Below, in pieces: positions 18,315 through 27,217 of a stretch of 64,000 nucleotides of DNA. The position numbers were made by a program, and so were the translations under genes. The stretch comes from a phage, in sequence record PZ445527.1; one strand, given 5' to 3'. Every line of letters begins with the position of its first letter. The stretch's first letter is position 1. The notes beneath the pieces are model-generated. The model saw only the letters and a program-made list of their open reading frames with translations, had not been told where the DNA came from and ran no database searches.

Positions 18315-18397
18315 TGGCGGGCCGTGTAGGATTCGAACCTACGTTGTCTTTCGACACGGATTAACAATCCGCCGCCAAACCGCTTGGCTAACGACCC
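18315..18397 (-). tRNA. tRNA-Asn-like (anticodon GTT) with extended variable arm
   Basis: Acceptor GGGTCGT/ACGGCCC, D-stem GCCA/TGGC, anticodon stem GCGGA/TCCGT loop TTGTTAA, 13-nt variable hairpin, T-arm GTAGG-TTCGAAT-CCTAC, CCA. Confidence 0.6.
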
Positions 18398-18552
18398 TAA
18401 AAAATTTATATTGCTGACTAGGGTTTTCACCTAGACGGAGTTAGCACCGTAGCGTGTAGCGGCATACCTCTCCAAACCGTGCCTCATCTTTCAATTACGG
18501 AGACAGTGTTCCTACGCGTGCCTGAATTGATTTAACAATTCTTTCAGCAAAT

Positions 18553-18628
18553 TGGACGACCGCATGAGGATTGAACTCACATAAAAAGGATTTGCAATCC
18601 TTCGCCTAAGCCATTCAGCCAACGGTCG
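18553..18628 (-). tRNA. tRNA-Cys (anticodon GCA)
   Basis: Acceptor CGACCGT/GCGGTCG, anticodon stem AAGGA/TCCTT loop TTGCAAA, T-arm GTGAG-TTCAATC-CTCAT, CCA. Confidence 0.75.
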
Positions 18629-18806
18629 ATTTATCTTGTTTTTCGAGATCTTCAAACTCTAAATCATTGAAGTTCCCTAGAGTACGGGTATAGAACCCAT
18701 CCCCTGCGTCATAGCCTGATTTACCACAATCACACATTTTAAATTCGCGCAGGTGTGTGAAAACATGTTCAGAACCACAACACTTAAATCTAACTAATCG
18801 TTTCAT
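18615..18806 (-). CDS. small Cys-containing protein
   Basis: 63 aa; CCGSEH and CDCG motifs; 3-prime end overlaps tRNA-Cys by about 14 nt; promoter at 18835..18863. Confidence 0.4.
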   Translation of the reverse strand: MKRLVRFKCCGSEHVFTHLREFKMCDCGKSGYDAGDGFYTRTLGNFNDLEFEDLEKQDKSTVG

Positions 18807-18834
18807 TAGCTTCTCCAGTTCAATTTATGTAATT

Positions 18835-18863
18835 ATTATATAGAACTTTTGGGAACTAAGCAA
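18835..18863 (-). promoter_or_regulatory. sigma70-type promoter
   Basis: TTGCTT, 17 nt spacer, TATAAT. Confidence 0.6.
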
Positions 18864-19145
18864 CTACATTTTTTAAGAATTTGATGCCTTTCTTTTTCTT
18901 CTTATATTTCCACGTTAATGGATTCTGTCGATTATGAACGCTTGAGATCTTTGTCTCGTCAAAGTTCTTCAATATCATGTAATCACAAGATAATTGTTCT
19001 AGTGGAATGTGATCACCGTCAAAAGCGTATACATAAGGCTGTTGACTAGCACGATAATGATAGACTTTGTTAATTCTACGTTTCAGCGACTTATCCGCGC
19101 AGTAAATAAAGAAGTTTTAAGGGTGCATCAGCATCTCCTTCAATT

Positions 19146-19229
19146 TGGTGCATCGTGCTGGATTTGAACCACCAACCCCGAAGGGCACGGATTTACAGAC
19201 CGCTGCAATAGCCATTCTGCCAACGATGC
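19146..19229 (-). tRNA. tRNA-Tyr (anticodon GTA), class II
   Basis: Acceptor GCATCGT/ACGATGC, D-stem GCAG/TTGC, anticodon stem GCGGT/TCCGT loop CTGTAAA, long variable arm, CCA. Confidence 0.8.
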
Positions 19230-19357
19230 ACATTTAAAAGTATTCAAATACTAGTTTAAACACTTTTAAATATGTTTCCAAATTAGATAACTATTATACC
19301 AAGTTTTAAGGCACTGAGCAAGTCAGATTTTGAAGAACTTGCTCAGTGCTGTATTAG

Positions 19358-19642
19358 TTAGTCGAACTTAGGAGTGACAGATAAGGAGAACGGAAGTTCA
19401 AAAACTTCTTCACCCTCATTACTAACGGTAACTACACGACCTTTAAGTTCAGACATTAAAATATCAATATCAGCTTTTGCATCTGGAGCCATGCCAGCTT
19501 CAATACATTTAGCTTTAACTTCCGGTAAAAGCTCTACGTTATAGAGATAGAGCCACTCAATCTCACCTTCCCAGTCTTCCCAGTCTTCCCAGGATTTGCA
19601 GATTGCACTTTCAATACCAGTTGCTACAACACGATTTTGCAT
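19358..19642 (-). CDS. hypothetical acidic protein
   Basis: 94 aa with WEDWEDWEGEIEW repeat; promoter 19673..19702 upstream. Confidence 0.5.
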   Translation of the reverse strand: MQNRVVATGIESAICKSWEDWEDWEGEIEWLYLYNVELLPEVKAKCIEAGMAPDAKADIDILMSELKGRVVTVSNEGEEVFELPFSLSVTPKFD

Positions 19643-19672
19643 TCGTTAACTCCTTCATCAATTTATATAACT

Positions 19673-19702
19673 ATTATACCAGAAATTTAAAGCAAAAGGC
19701 AA
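19673..19702 (-). promoter_or_regulatory. sigma70-type promoter
   Basis: TATAAT with TTGCCT 18 nt upstream. Confidence 0.5.
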
Positions 19703-19732
19703 GTACATTTTTAAAAATTCTGTTTGGAGGAG

Positions 19733-19939
19733 CTAAACTCCAGATTCTTCTGCCAAGTCTAGACTAATAAGAGTTATAGCCATAATTGCTGCACCGTGTT
19801 CTTTTTCTCCGGTGTTTTTAGCAGAGTCTATAATATCCTTAATCTGTTCGTAATAACTTTTTACTTCTTGTTCAATGCCTGCCTCGGCTATCATGCCTTT
19901 AGTCATGAGTCGTTGCATGGTAATTTCAGTATTAGCCAT
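19733..19939 (-). CDS. hypothetical protein
   Basis: 68 aa ORF. Confidence 0.45.
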   Translation of the reverse strand: MANTEITMQRLMTKGMIAEAGIEQEVKSYYEQIKDIIDSAKNTGEKEHGAAIMAITLISLDLAEESGV

Positions 19940-20114
19940 GTTGTTTCTCCAGTTTCATTTTTAATAGTTTACAAATGAAATCAACGTCTTCATCCGTGCC
20001 TAGATCTCTATCTTCAAGGGTTGCCTTGAAATTTTTTGTTAGTTCCATAAGAATAACTTCCCTGGAACGACGTGTTGGCGGGGGTGGATGTCTATACATC
20101 TTATTTCCTTAATT

Positions 20115-20189
20115 TGGTGGGTCGGAGGAGAATCTAACTCCTACTCGTTAGCTTATGAGGCCACCGCTTTAACTTTAAGCTACCGACCC
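20115..20189 (-). tRNA. tRNA-Met or Ile2 (anticodon CAT)
   Basis: Acceptor GGGTCGG/CCGACCC perfect, D-stem GCTT/AAGC, anticodon loop CTCATAA, T-arm AGGAG-TTAGATT-CTCCT, CCA. Confidence 0.75.
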
Positions 20190-20195
20190 TATGTT

Positions 20196-20284
20196 TGGCG
20201 GAAGAAGTGGGAATCGAACCCACAAGGCTATATTTCAAACCGACAGATTAGCAATCTGCTGCAATACCGTTATGCTATTCTTCC
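20196..20284 (-). tRNA. tRNA-Ser (anticodon GCT), class II
   Basis: Acceptor GGAAGAA/TTCTTCC, anticodon stem GCAGA/TCTGT loop TTGCTAA, long variable arm, T-arm GTGGG-TTCGATT-CCCAC, CCA. Confidence 0.8.
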
Positions 20285-20298
20285 GAATTTATAAATAT

Positions 20299-20327
20299 AT
20301 TATATTAGAAATTTAGCTTCATAGCAA
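20299..20327 (-). promoter_or_regulatory. sigma70-type promoter directly upstream of tRNA-Ser(GCT)/tRNA-Met
   Basis: TTGCTA, 17 nt spacer, TATAAT, with the tRNA 5-prime end about 15 nt downstream. Confidence 0.65.
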
Positions 20328-20823
20328 GAAAATTTTTCAAGTTTTCGGTAGACATCTCATCCACATCTACAGGAGAAACAAATCCATTTAATTGTCTAGC
20401 AAATTTTTTACCAGCAGGATCATTATCCCCAACAGCTACCAATTTAAAAGGTAGTAATTTCAATTGCTTTAATAGCGCTTTTCCTGGAGAAGAACCCAAC
20501 ATTGCCAAGGCTGGATAACCAGCGTTATGTAACGCAACTGCCTTAAATACAGATTCAGCAATCAATACCACTTTTTCATCTCCATTGAGAGTTTCTAGTC
20601 CCCATACACACTGTGTAGTAGAATAAGTAAAATATCTAGCTTCAAAGGGGCACTTACCATGACCTTTTGGAGCAGAAGGATTATAAGTCTGATAGCCTCT
20701 CAACATCCCAGAGAAGTCATACAATGGGACTGTTAGCCATCCTTCCGGGCTTAACCAGCAATGATATTTATCTGTATCAAACCCTCTAGATAAGAGATGT
20801 TCTGTTAGTTCATCAACAGTCAT
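20305..20823 (-). CDS. hypothetical protein (possible Toprim-like fold)
   Basis: 172 aa; VAVGDNDPAGKKF resembles a DxD Toprim motif, assignment tentative. Confidence 0.5.
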   Translation of the reverse strand: MTVDELTEHLLSRGFDTDKYHCWLSPEGWLTVPLYDFSGMLRGYQTYNPSAPKGHGKCPFEARYFTYSTTQCVWGLETLNGDEKVVLIAESVFKAVALHNAGYPALAMLGSSPGKALLKQLKLLPFKLVAVGDNDPAGKKFARQLNGFVSPVDVDEMSTENLKNFLAMKLNF

Positions 20824-20860
20824 ATTTGATCCCCTAGTTAGTTGTATAAATACATTATAC

Positions 20861-20894
20861 AGAAAAGCCCTGCGCTCTCCAGTGAACGCAGGGC
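20861..20894 (-). terminator. rho-independent terminator
   Basis: Stem GCCCTGCG...CGCAGGGC followed by T-run on minus strand, after SPFH gene stop. Confidence 0.55.
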
Positions 20895-20919
20895 TTACTT
20901 CGAATATTACGTGTGGGTA

Positions 20920-21867
20920 TTACTTGTTACGCATATCCATAATCATTTGGCCATCGTAACCAGTGCCAACCACAGTCTGCGGTACACCACCTTGATACTT
21001 CTGAGCACGAATCATTTCAACTTCTAGTTGCTTCCAGCGAATCATCTCAGGAGTAATGGTACGTTGCAGAGCGGCGTTAGCTTCAGCTTCTTTCTTAGCT
21101 GCGTACAGTTTAGCATCTGCATCACGTTCGTTTGCAATAGCTTGGTTGTTACGAGCTTCACGATCTGCTTCTGCTTGTTTAACCTTCTGCTGTGCTTCTT
21201 GTTCAACACGAGCCAACTCAGCTTTCGCAGCATTAACTTGTTCTTCACGAACTTTGGTATTCTGTACCTGTTCCATGATTACAGGCGGCAAAGTAATATC
21301 CTGAAGGAACACTTGCTTAACTGTGTAACCATAAGGGCGTGCATACTCTTCAACTTCCTGTTGAATTGCAGTTTGCAATTGAGCCTGAATTTTAGCATCA
21401 AACAAATCTTGTGCTTTAGGTACAGACTTACCAAACTCACGAATAGTAGACAGTAATTTTTCAGTTACATACTTGTCTAGTGCCTGATCCTGAGTACCTG
21501 CATTAATACGGTTAATCGGTGCCTTAGAACCATCAAACTGCAACATAACAGTCAGGTCAACAGTGGATTTAAACTTATCCTGACTAGGAACCTGAAGTTT
21601 ATCTAATTTTACAGCAATATCTTTTGTACTGAAAGTATCGAAAGATGCAAACGGGTTTACAATATGGAAACCAGGTAATACTGGATTAGGGTCTACTTTA
21701 CCAAGAAATGTTTGGGTTTTAACCGTACCATCAGAAACAATAGTATATGAATTAAAAGCTAGGATTAAACCTGCTAAACCAACTACAGCACCAATACCCC
21801 AACGTTTAATAGTACGGATTACTTTCTGCTCAGAAGTCAGTTCTTTCATATTTTTAGTAGCAAACAT
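20920..21867 (-). CDS. SPFH/band-7 (HflK/C, stomatin-like) domain protein
   Basis: 315 aa; N-terminal TM helix, SPFH-like core, long Ala/Gln/Glu-rich coiled-coil C-terminus. Confidence 0.65.
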   Translation of the reverse strand: MFATKNMKELTSEQKVIRTIKRWGIGAVVGLAGLILAFNSYTIVSDGTVKTQTFLGKVDPNPVLPGFHIVNPFASFDTFSTKDIAVKLDKLQVPSQDKFKSTVDLTVMLQFDGSKAPINRINAGTQDQALDKYVTEKLLSTIREFGKSVPKAQDLFDAKIQAQLQTAIQQEVEEYARPYGYTVKQVFLQDITLPPVIMEQVQNTKVREEQVNAAKAELARVEQEAQQKVKQAEADREARNNQAIANERDADAKLYAAKKEAEANAALQRTITPEMIRWKQLEVEMIRAQKYQGGVPQTVVGTGYDGQMIMDMRNK

Positions 21868-21901
21868 ATATTTCCTTTGTTTTAGTTACAGTTAATAAAA
21901 T

Positions 21902-21976
21902 TGGCCGAGGTGACAGGATTCGAACCTGCATAAAGGAATTTAGAAGACTCCTGCCTCTCCCTTAGACTACACCCCG
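21902..21976 (-). tRNA. tRNA-Arg (anticodon TCT)
   Basis: Acceptor CGGGGTG/CACCTCG, D-stem GTCT/AGGC, anticodon stem GGAGT/ATTCC loop CTTCTAA, T-arm GCAGG-TTCGAAT-CCTGT, CCA. Confidence 0.8.
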
Positions 21977-22479
21977 TTTAAGTATTTTTAAGAACTCTCG
22001 TAAAAACTCTTAAAAATACAGACGATACCGGGAGAGTCATAAGTCTCACTCATTAAGTATTTCAAGACAAAATACAGTAACGTCTATTATTTTCCAGTTT
22101 AAGTCAGGGTGACTTAGTGGTTATGTCCTGCGGTATATTGAGGACTCGGTTAGGCTTGGGGTCATGACTTCCCGCCTTTTGCTGCTACTCAACAGGAGTT
22201 ATCGCGAATTACCTGTGCTATTGTGCACCATTAGTGACATCTCTCATGCCAGCATTTCCCACTTTGTGGATAGCTTGAAAAACTACTCCGATACGGAGAA
22301 AGAACTTCACTATCCTAGAATACCTTCTAAAGTTCTTCTTTAGCCTGGACATAGTTAAATCGTAATAAAACTATTCAGCAGACCGGTTGGTTAGTCTGGA
22401 ACCAACTACCGCGTGGTTTAGGCAGTGCGCAACTAACCTCGGAAGCTTTTACGTTAAAAGCACCAGTTATCCAGTTCTT

Positions 22480-22552
22480 ACCGACCGTAGGATTCGAACC
22501 TACATCTTCCACCAGTTACGGCTTGATAATACCAATTATACTAGGACGGCAG
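22480..22552 (-). tRNA. tRNA-like element, possibly degenerate
   Basis: Canonical T-arm GTAGG-TTCGAAT-CCTAC and D-loop AATTGGTA, but no convincing anticodon stem and no encoded CCA. Confidence 0.3.
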
Positions 22553-22626
22553 TGTTACTACATAAGTGATTTCCACACCCCACTATTTATAAATTAGAAA
22601 AGAATTACTCTCTAATTTATGAATAT

Positions 22627-22655
22627 ATTATACAGAATTTATAAGCATTTAGCAA
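22627..22655 (-). promoter_or_regulatory. sigma70-type promoter reading into the tRNA-like element and non-coding region
   Basis: TTGCTA, 17 nt spacer, TATAAT. Confidence 0.6.
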
Positions 22656-22663
22656 ATGAATTT

Positions 22664-23098
22664 TTAGAAAAACTCGCTAGCAATCAAGGCGGCTGTTTTA
22701 CCATCATAACGCCCTGTAAACTCTGCCTTAATAGTTTTCATTAAGAGAGCTTTGGTAATACCTGGGTTTAGCTTAACCAATTCTGCAAAGTATTTACGAA
22801 TTTCAGTTTCAGTTAACTGTTGCAGTGCATAATCATGCTCTAAACGCGCTAAAAGATCTAAGTATTCAGCATCAGGGGTATAGTCAACATTCGATTTTTC
22901 AGCAGCAATCCGTGTATTCTCAATTGCTTTGAATTGTGATTTCAACCAGTTAGTAAACTCCAGCTCAGTTACGCAATCTTTATCAATACGTTGCAGGTCT
23001 CCTAGAACCGTACTTAGATGCTTAACTGATACAGCGTCACCACTTTTGCGAGCAGCTTCAATCAACTCTCGCAGTACATAAAGCATATTCATGCCCAT
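22664..23098 (-). CDS. hypothetical protein
   Basis: 144 aa ORF. Confidence 0.55.
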   Translation of the reverse strand: MGMNMLYVLRELIEAARKSGDAVSVKHLSTVLGDLQRIDKDCVTELEFTNWLKSQFKAIENTRIAAEKSNVDYTPDAEYLDLLARLEHDYALQQLTETEIRKYFAELVKLNPGITKALLMKTIKAEFTGRYDGKTAALIASEFF

Positions 23099-23099
23099 T

Positions 23100-23270
23100 A
23101 TTTCATCCCCAATGCTTGGTTGAAAGATTGTTCCGTCATAACTGCTGAGACTTTGGCGAAATCAAACTTTTTAGGGTTAGTAGTGATCTCAGCAACGTTG
23201 GAAGTTTTAACAGTTTTCGTAGTACGAATACCGCGAGTGTTAACACCAATGACGATCAAGTTTTTCATAT
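23100..23270 (-). CDS. small hypothetical protein (below 60 aa track cutoff)
   Basis: ATG at 23270 preceded by GAGAGGAAG RBS and promoter 23300..23328; about 56 aa ending just before the next gene start. Confidence 0.4.
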
Positions 23271-23299
23271 TTCGCTTCCTCTCATTAATTTATGAAAGT

Positions 23300-23328
23300 A
23301 TTATACAGAAGTTTAAGTATTTAAGCAA
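23300..23328 (-). promoter_or_regulatory. sigma70-type promoter
   Basis: TTGCTT, 17 nt spacer, TATAAT. Confidence 0.6.
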
Positions 23329-23336
23329 ATAAATTT

Positions 23337-23786
23337 TTAAGTTTTAGTGACAACAGGCTTATAAAATGTATGTCCCTTAATCTTAGTTGTTTTCTTAAAC
23401 TTCTTTGTCCAGTACGGTTTATCTTTACCACTATGGAAGTATAAAGCTCCATGTGTAGGATCTTGTGGTAAATCAACGTAGTATATCACTCTAGCTAAAT
23501 TCTTGGCGGTTTTCCAAGCCTCATCGGTTTTATCAACTTTTGGTCTCTTAGATACCCAAGAGAACTGGTTAGACTGATATACTACTTTACAGTAGGAATC
23601 TGGGAATTTACCGGAGTTTACACGGTTTTTAGTAACATGTGCAATCGCCGTCATTCCCTTTATGCCCTCACCACGACTTTCGAAATAGATATTTTTAGCA
23701 ATGCAATCTATTTCTTTTGCATCGTGCGATGCCTGACTACTAAAGCTGAAGGTAAGGGCAGCTACTAAAAGCAAAGCTGCCTTCAT
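23337..23786 (-). CDS. secreted cell-wall hydrolase (SleB/CwlJ-like)
   Basis: 149 aa; signal peptide then NIYFESRGE...TAIAHVTKNR...YQSNQFSW resembling the SleB/CwlJ hydrolase domain. Confidence 0.6.
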   Translation of the reverse strand: MKAALLLVAALTFSFSSQASHDAKEIDCIAKNIYFESRGEGIKGMTAIAHVTKNRVNSGKFPDSYCKVVYQSNQFSWVSKRPKVDKTDEAWKTAKNLARVIYYVDLPQDPTHGALYFHSGKDKPYWTKKFKKTTKIKGHTFYKPVVTKT

Positions 23787-23798
23787 TCTTTTTACTCC

Positions 23799-24620
23799 TT
23801 AAAATAGATCATATTCTAATCTATTGGGATTTTCTCGGTATCCATAAGACGTAAGAGTACCCCTCATATACTCTGCGTCAACAGGATTAGATGTTACTAG
23901 AACCACTTTTAGTGGTCTTTGACCTAAAAATAGTATATGATCTAATAAGTCTTTTCCTTGTACCTCTGGATCTCCTAAATCTGAGTCCATAAATAAATAG
24001 GATCCTGTGAAACTAAATATATCTGATAGTTCCAGCGCACCTATAACTGTACGACAAATAATGGACATTTCAGGTAGATCTCTAACATCGTCTATTAGAA
24101 TATTGGTCTGCTTCCCAATTTCTGCATTACATAAACCATTTACTAGTTTTTCTCTTTCCCCTTTAGCTTGTTCGAAAGTGGTGAAGCCAGGAGATACGAA
24201 AAACTTTCCACCTAATGTAATGCTATACACAAAACCCTCTGGGAGTAGTTCTACACCTACGGTTTTATTAGTATTAATCCTATTTAACTTAAAATTTGTC
24301 TCTCTTAGATTAATAATTCTGTTATCCCACGGTATAGTATTTATATGGTCGATCATATAAGGCGGCTCTTCACCATAATGGAGCAACCACGCTATTCGGT
24401 GTCCATAAATAATTGTGGGTTTATTATCTAAGAGCAAACTAACTCTGATGTACCCATCAGAGTTCTTACTACATATTTCTCTCCCAGCATATAGGGTGTG
24501 CCAAGTTTTATTCTTGTATTTATTAGGCTTATAAAATAATTTACCGGTATAAGGATTATACTCTATAATTTCTCGAATATAATCTATATATGGTAGTATT
24601 TGTTTTTGTAATTTACCCAT
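23799..24620 (-). CDS. HNH homing endonuclease (HNH_3-like)
   Basis: 273 aa; GHRIAWLLHYGEEPPYMIDHINTIPWDNRIINLR; own promoter at 24651..24679. Confidence 0.7.
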   Translation of the reverse strand: MGKLQKQILPYIDYIREIIEYNPYTGKLFYKPNKYKNKTWHTLYAGREICSKNSDGYIRVSLLLDNKPTIIYGHRIAWLLHYGEEPPYMIDHINTIPWDNRIINLRETNFKLNRINTNKTVGVELLPEGFVYSITLGGKFFVSPGFTTFEQAKGEREKLVNGLCNAEIGKQTNILIDDVRDLPEMSIICRTVIGALELSDIFSFTGSYLFMDSDLGDPEVQGKDLLDHILFLGQRPLKVVLVTSNPVDAEYMRGTLTSYGYRENPNRLEYDLF

Positions 24621-24650
24621 AATAGCCTCGTTTCATCAATTTAAAAATAT

Positions 24651-24679
24651 ATTATACAGATAACTTAGTAAATTAGCAA
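24651..24679 (-). promoter_or_regulatory. sigma70-type promoter
   Basis: TTGCTA, 17 nt spacer, TATAAT. Confidence 0.6.
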
Positions 24680-25062
24680 ATACATTTTTAAATTGTGAAA
24701 CTAGTAAACCGATAAACAGCCTAGAGGCGCCACAGGCCATATCTTACGAGCCATGTACCTTTGATCTAGGGTTTGAATCATCAACGAATACTTTGCATCT
24801 TTTAGCTTTAGAAGTTTAGAAGTTTGAGTTCTTTAAACTTTTCAGCTTTCATACTTAAATGTTGATCTTTGAAGTTGTGTCGGTAATATCAACGACGCTT
24901 TGTTTTTACGTGTCAGATTAAGTGTCTGATGTAATAAACATAATCTCCAATAGATTATACTTTATAGTATGGTCAGCGGTCTTATTTAACCTCGTATTTC
25001 AACCGCTGCTGCGAGGTAAGATGCTTGGGCTTTCGTCTACCGATTTACTAGCTTTTAAATTA

Positions 25063-25701
25063 TTACTCTACTTCAATGAAGGTAGAGGCGTTAGACTCGG
25101 ACAGAACAAAGTCAACATTTGTTGCAAAGTCCTGATATTCCTCGTCATGCTGTTTAATCAGCTTCTCCAGCTCCAGCGGATCAATCAAGAATGGAGTATT
25201 CTTGAGTTCCAACAGGTTGAGCTGCATTTTAACTTCATCTTCGGAAGTTTTCTTATCGCGGGTAGCCATGCTATCCTGCAAACGCTCATATTTAGCATCA
25301 AACTGTGCTTTCTGCGTATTAAACTTAACTGTAGCGGCATGGAACTGCTTACGCATGTTAGCCAGCAGCTGAGCTTTAAGCTCCATAGAACGCTTAGCTT
25401 CAATTGCTTCCGCAACAGTCATCTTACGAGAGCCAATCTCAACGATTGTTTCCGCATTGCTTTTAATCAGAGCAGCTTTGATACGATCACGCTGGGACAT
25501 CATATCCAGCAGAGACTGGAAATCAGTCTTAATACGGGTAGACAGATCAGCTACTTCGATTGCAGCGCCAACTACAACCTGGTTTTTATCCTTACCTTCA
25601 CCAACAGCGATCAGAAGCTGTTGTTCAGTAGCTTTACGGATTTTAGCTTCCAGAGATTTGATGGTTGCCAGAGCACGAGTTTTAGAAATACGAGTAGTCA
25701 T
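25063..25701 (-). CDS. hypothetical protein
   Basis: 212 aa charged helical ORF on the coding strand. Confidence 0.55.
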   Translation of the reverse strand: MTTRISKTRALATIKSLEAKIRKATEQQLLIAVGEGKDKNQVVVGAAIEVADLSTRIKTDFQSLLDMMSQRDRIKAALIKSNAETIVEIGSRKMTVAEAIEAKRSMELKAQLLANMRKQFHAATVKFNTQKAQFDAKYERLQDSMATRDKKTSEDEVKMQLNLLELKNTPFLIDPLELEKLIKQHDEEYQDFATNVDFVLSESNASTFIEVE

Positions 25702-25754
25702 TATTTGCTTCCTTATATGAAGTTTGAGATTTGAATTTGTTTAAAGTTGGTCTA

Positions 25755-25937
25755 TTACAGACCAATTGCCAGCAGAGTGCGTAGAACAGTATCGTTACTG
25801 TTATCAATTTTAGGATTAGCACGATTTAGCAGATCAAAGATCTTCTGGACACCTGATTGACGTTCAGCCATACGACGGCTACCCAGATTACGAGTAGCTT
25901 TCTTACCATTTTTACGAACATTTTTAGATACTGGCAT
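25755..25937 (-). CDS. small basic protein
   Basis: 60 aa, Lys/Arg-rich; promoter 25978..26007. Confidence 0.45.
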   Translation of the reverse strand: MPVSKNVRKNGKKATRNLGSRRMAERQSGVQKIFDLLNRANPKIDNSNDTVLRTLLAIGL

Positions 25938-25977
25938 ATTTGTTTTCCTTTTATTGTTCTCTCAAATTTATGAATAT

Positions 25978-26007
25978 ATTATACAGAATTTTGGGGGCCG
26001 GAAGCAA
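25978..26007 (-). promoter_or_regulatory. sigma70-type promoter
   Basis: TTGCTT, 18 nt spacer, TATAAT. Confidence 0.55.
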
Positions 26008-26008
26008 A

Positions 26009-26710
26009 TCAAATTTTCATTTTTTCGATCATAGCTGCAACACAATAGCTCTCAACTAAGGCATCGAATGCTGGGTCATGTTTAACTGGGTAGATCCCAT
26101 AACGAATGGTGTCCATCTTCTCCATTTTAGCTTTTGCCCAGCTAATCCCCTCTGCTTCTAGGTCTTTGTAGTTATAACCAGCCTGCATCCAGAGATTGCG
26201 GAGAGATCGAACATTACCCAAGTTCCAGAATTTCCACGGAACTATTTCTTCATTGGTTCCAGCATGGAAAGTGTTTGCAGAGTAGATAGTCATATCAAAC
26301 TCTGGGCCGTTGCCATAATACAAAGCATTCTCTCCTAGAGCCAACTCCATAATATTTTGAGCCATAGAGTAAGCAGCATAGTTAGAGCCGAGTTTATTAG
26401 TACAATGATGTTTACCGTTTTGGAATGCAATCAGCTTTGGATTACGTTCGTTCATAGCTTCCATAATGTGGAGAGCAGACGGACTATTTTTAGCTTGATC
26501 CATCCAGAATGCTAGAGTAGATGCTGTAACTTTAGCACCAGAATTAAACTGATCTTGCACATCCAAAGTAACAAATACTAGATCAGGATCTTTATCAATT
26601 CCGTGCATAGCCACAAAAGCGAAAGAAGGCATTGCGATATGAGTAGTACCACAATCTCCTGGAGTTCCTAGAGATTCAATATCTAGCATACCAAATGGTT
26701 TTACTTTCAT
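26009..26710 (-). CDS. DEDD-type 3-prime-5-prime exonuclease (putative)
   Basis: 233 aa; N-terminal MLDIESLG (Exo I D-x-E) and C-terminal HDPAFDAL (H-x4-D) consistent with DEDDh exonucleases. Confidence 0.55.
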   Translation of the reverse strand: MKVKPFGMLDIESLGTPGDCGTTHIAMPSFAFVAMHGIDKDPDLVFVTLDVQDQFNSGAKVTASTLAFWMDQAKNSPSALHIMEAMNERNPKLIAFQNGKHHCTNKLGSNYAAYSMAQNIMELALGENALYYGNGPEFDMTIYSANTFHAGTNEEIVPWKFWNLGNVRSLRNLWMQAGYNYKDLEAEGISWAKAKMEKMDTIRYGIYPVKHDPAFDALVESYCVAAMIEKMKI

Positions 26711-26738
26711 AACTTATCCTTTATTGTGTAGAAAACTA

Positions 26739-26960
26739 TTAAAGAGCTGTCTCTTTAATAGACTCCCACTTCTTGGGGTCTTTAAAACCAGGAAGCATAC
26801 CCTCACTGACATCCCAGTTCTCCTCCACATAGAGGTCCTCTAAGTCTAACTCATCTACTGCTAGATCCATTACCTCATGACTAGAAAGTCGTGTATAATC
26901 CCTAGCTGACTTATGGGTACTAGCACGGTTAAAATCATTCTTTGCTACAAAATTACGCAT
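26739..26960 (-). CDS. hypothetical protein
   Basis: 73 aa ORF. Confidence 0.4.
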   Translation of the reverse strand: MRNFVAKNDFNRASTHKSARDYTRLSSHEVMDLAVDELDLEDLYVEENWDVSEGMLPGFKDPKKWESIKETAL

Positions 26961-26969
26961 AGTTTCTCC

Positions 26970-26993
26970 AAATAAGAGGGGCTTTCGCCCCCT
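26970..26993 (-). terminator. rho-independent terminator
   Basis: GC-rich hairpin AGGGGGC...GCCCCCT with T-rich tail on minus strand. Confidence 0.5.
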
Positions 26994-27001
26994 GATTTAA
27001 A

Positions 27002-27217
27002 TCACTTGCCCAGCAGTTTAAGGATATTTTCCATAATAGTTTGGGCAGATTTTTCACTCTTGTTGGTTTCAGCCAACTTTAAAGCGAGTTCTTCCTGCTG
27101 TTTCTGAATATCCGCAGCAATTTTTTGATCAGCCTCAATACGAGCTTGAAGCTCATCAGTGATAGTGGTAAAGGAAGCAACGATTTCAGTAACAGAACGT
27201 GGTTTCTTAGAGAACAT
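27002..27217 (-). CDS. hypothetical protein
   Basis: 71 aa ORF, helical. Confidence 0.4.
   Translation of the reverse strand: MFSKKPRSVTEIVASFTTITDELQARIEADQKIAADIQKQQEELALKLAETNKSEKSAQTIMENILKLLGK

Noticed and set aside
20088-20294. 68 aa plus-strand ORF
   Set aside because: Lies entirely over tRNA-Met and tRNA-Ser(GCT) on the opposite strand.
21028-21456. Plus-strand ORFs (21028..21456, 21056..21304) and nested minus ORF 21042..21248
   Set aside because: All overlap the SPFH-domain gene; translations are low-complexity; judged frame artefacts.
24780-24850. Short direct repeats (tttagaagtttagaagttt) as a possible CRISPR array
   Set aside because: Only two to three copies of an 8-9 nt unit with no spacer structure; no CRISPR array anywhere in the window.
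24922-25734. 270 aa plus-strand ORF
   Set aside because: Antisense to the minus-strand ORF 25063..25701 in a uniformly minus-strand region; low-complexity Leu/Phe/Ser-rich translation; no promoter or RBS in the right orientation.
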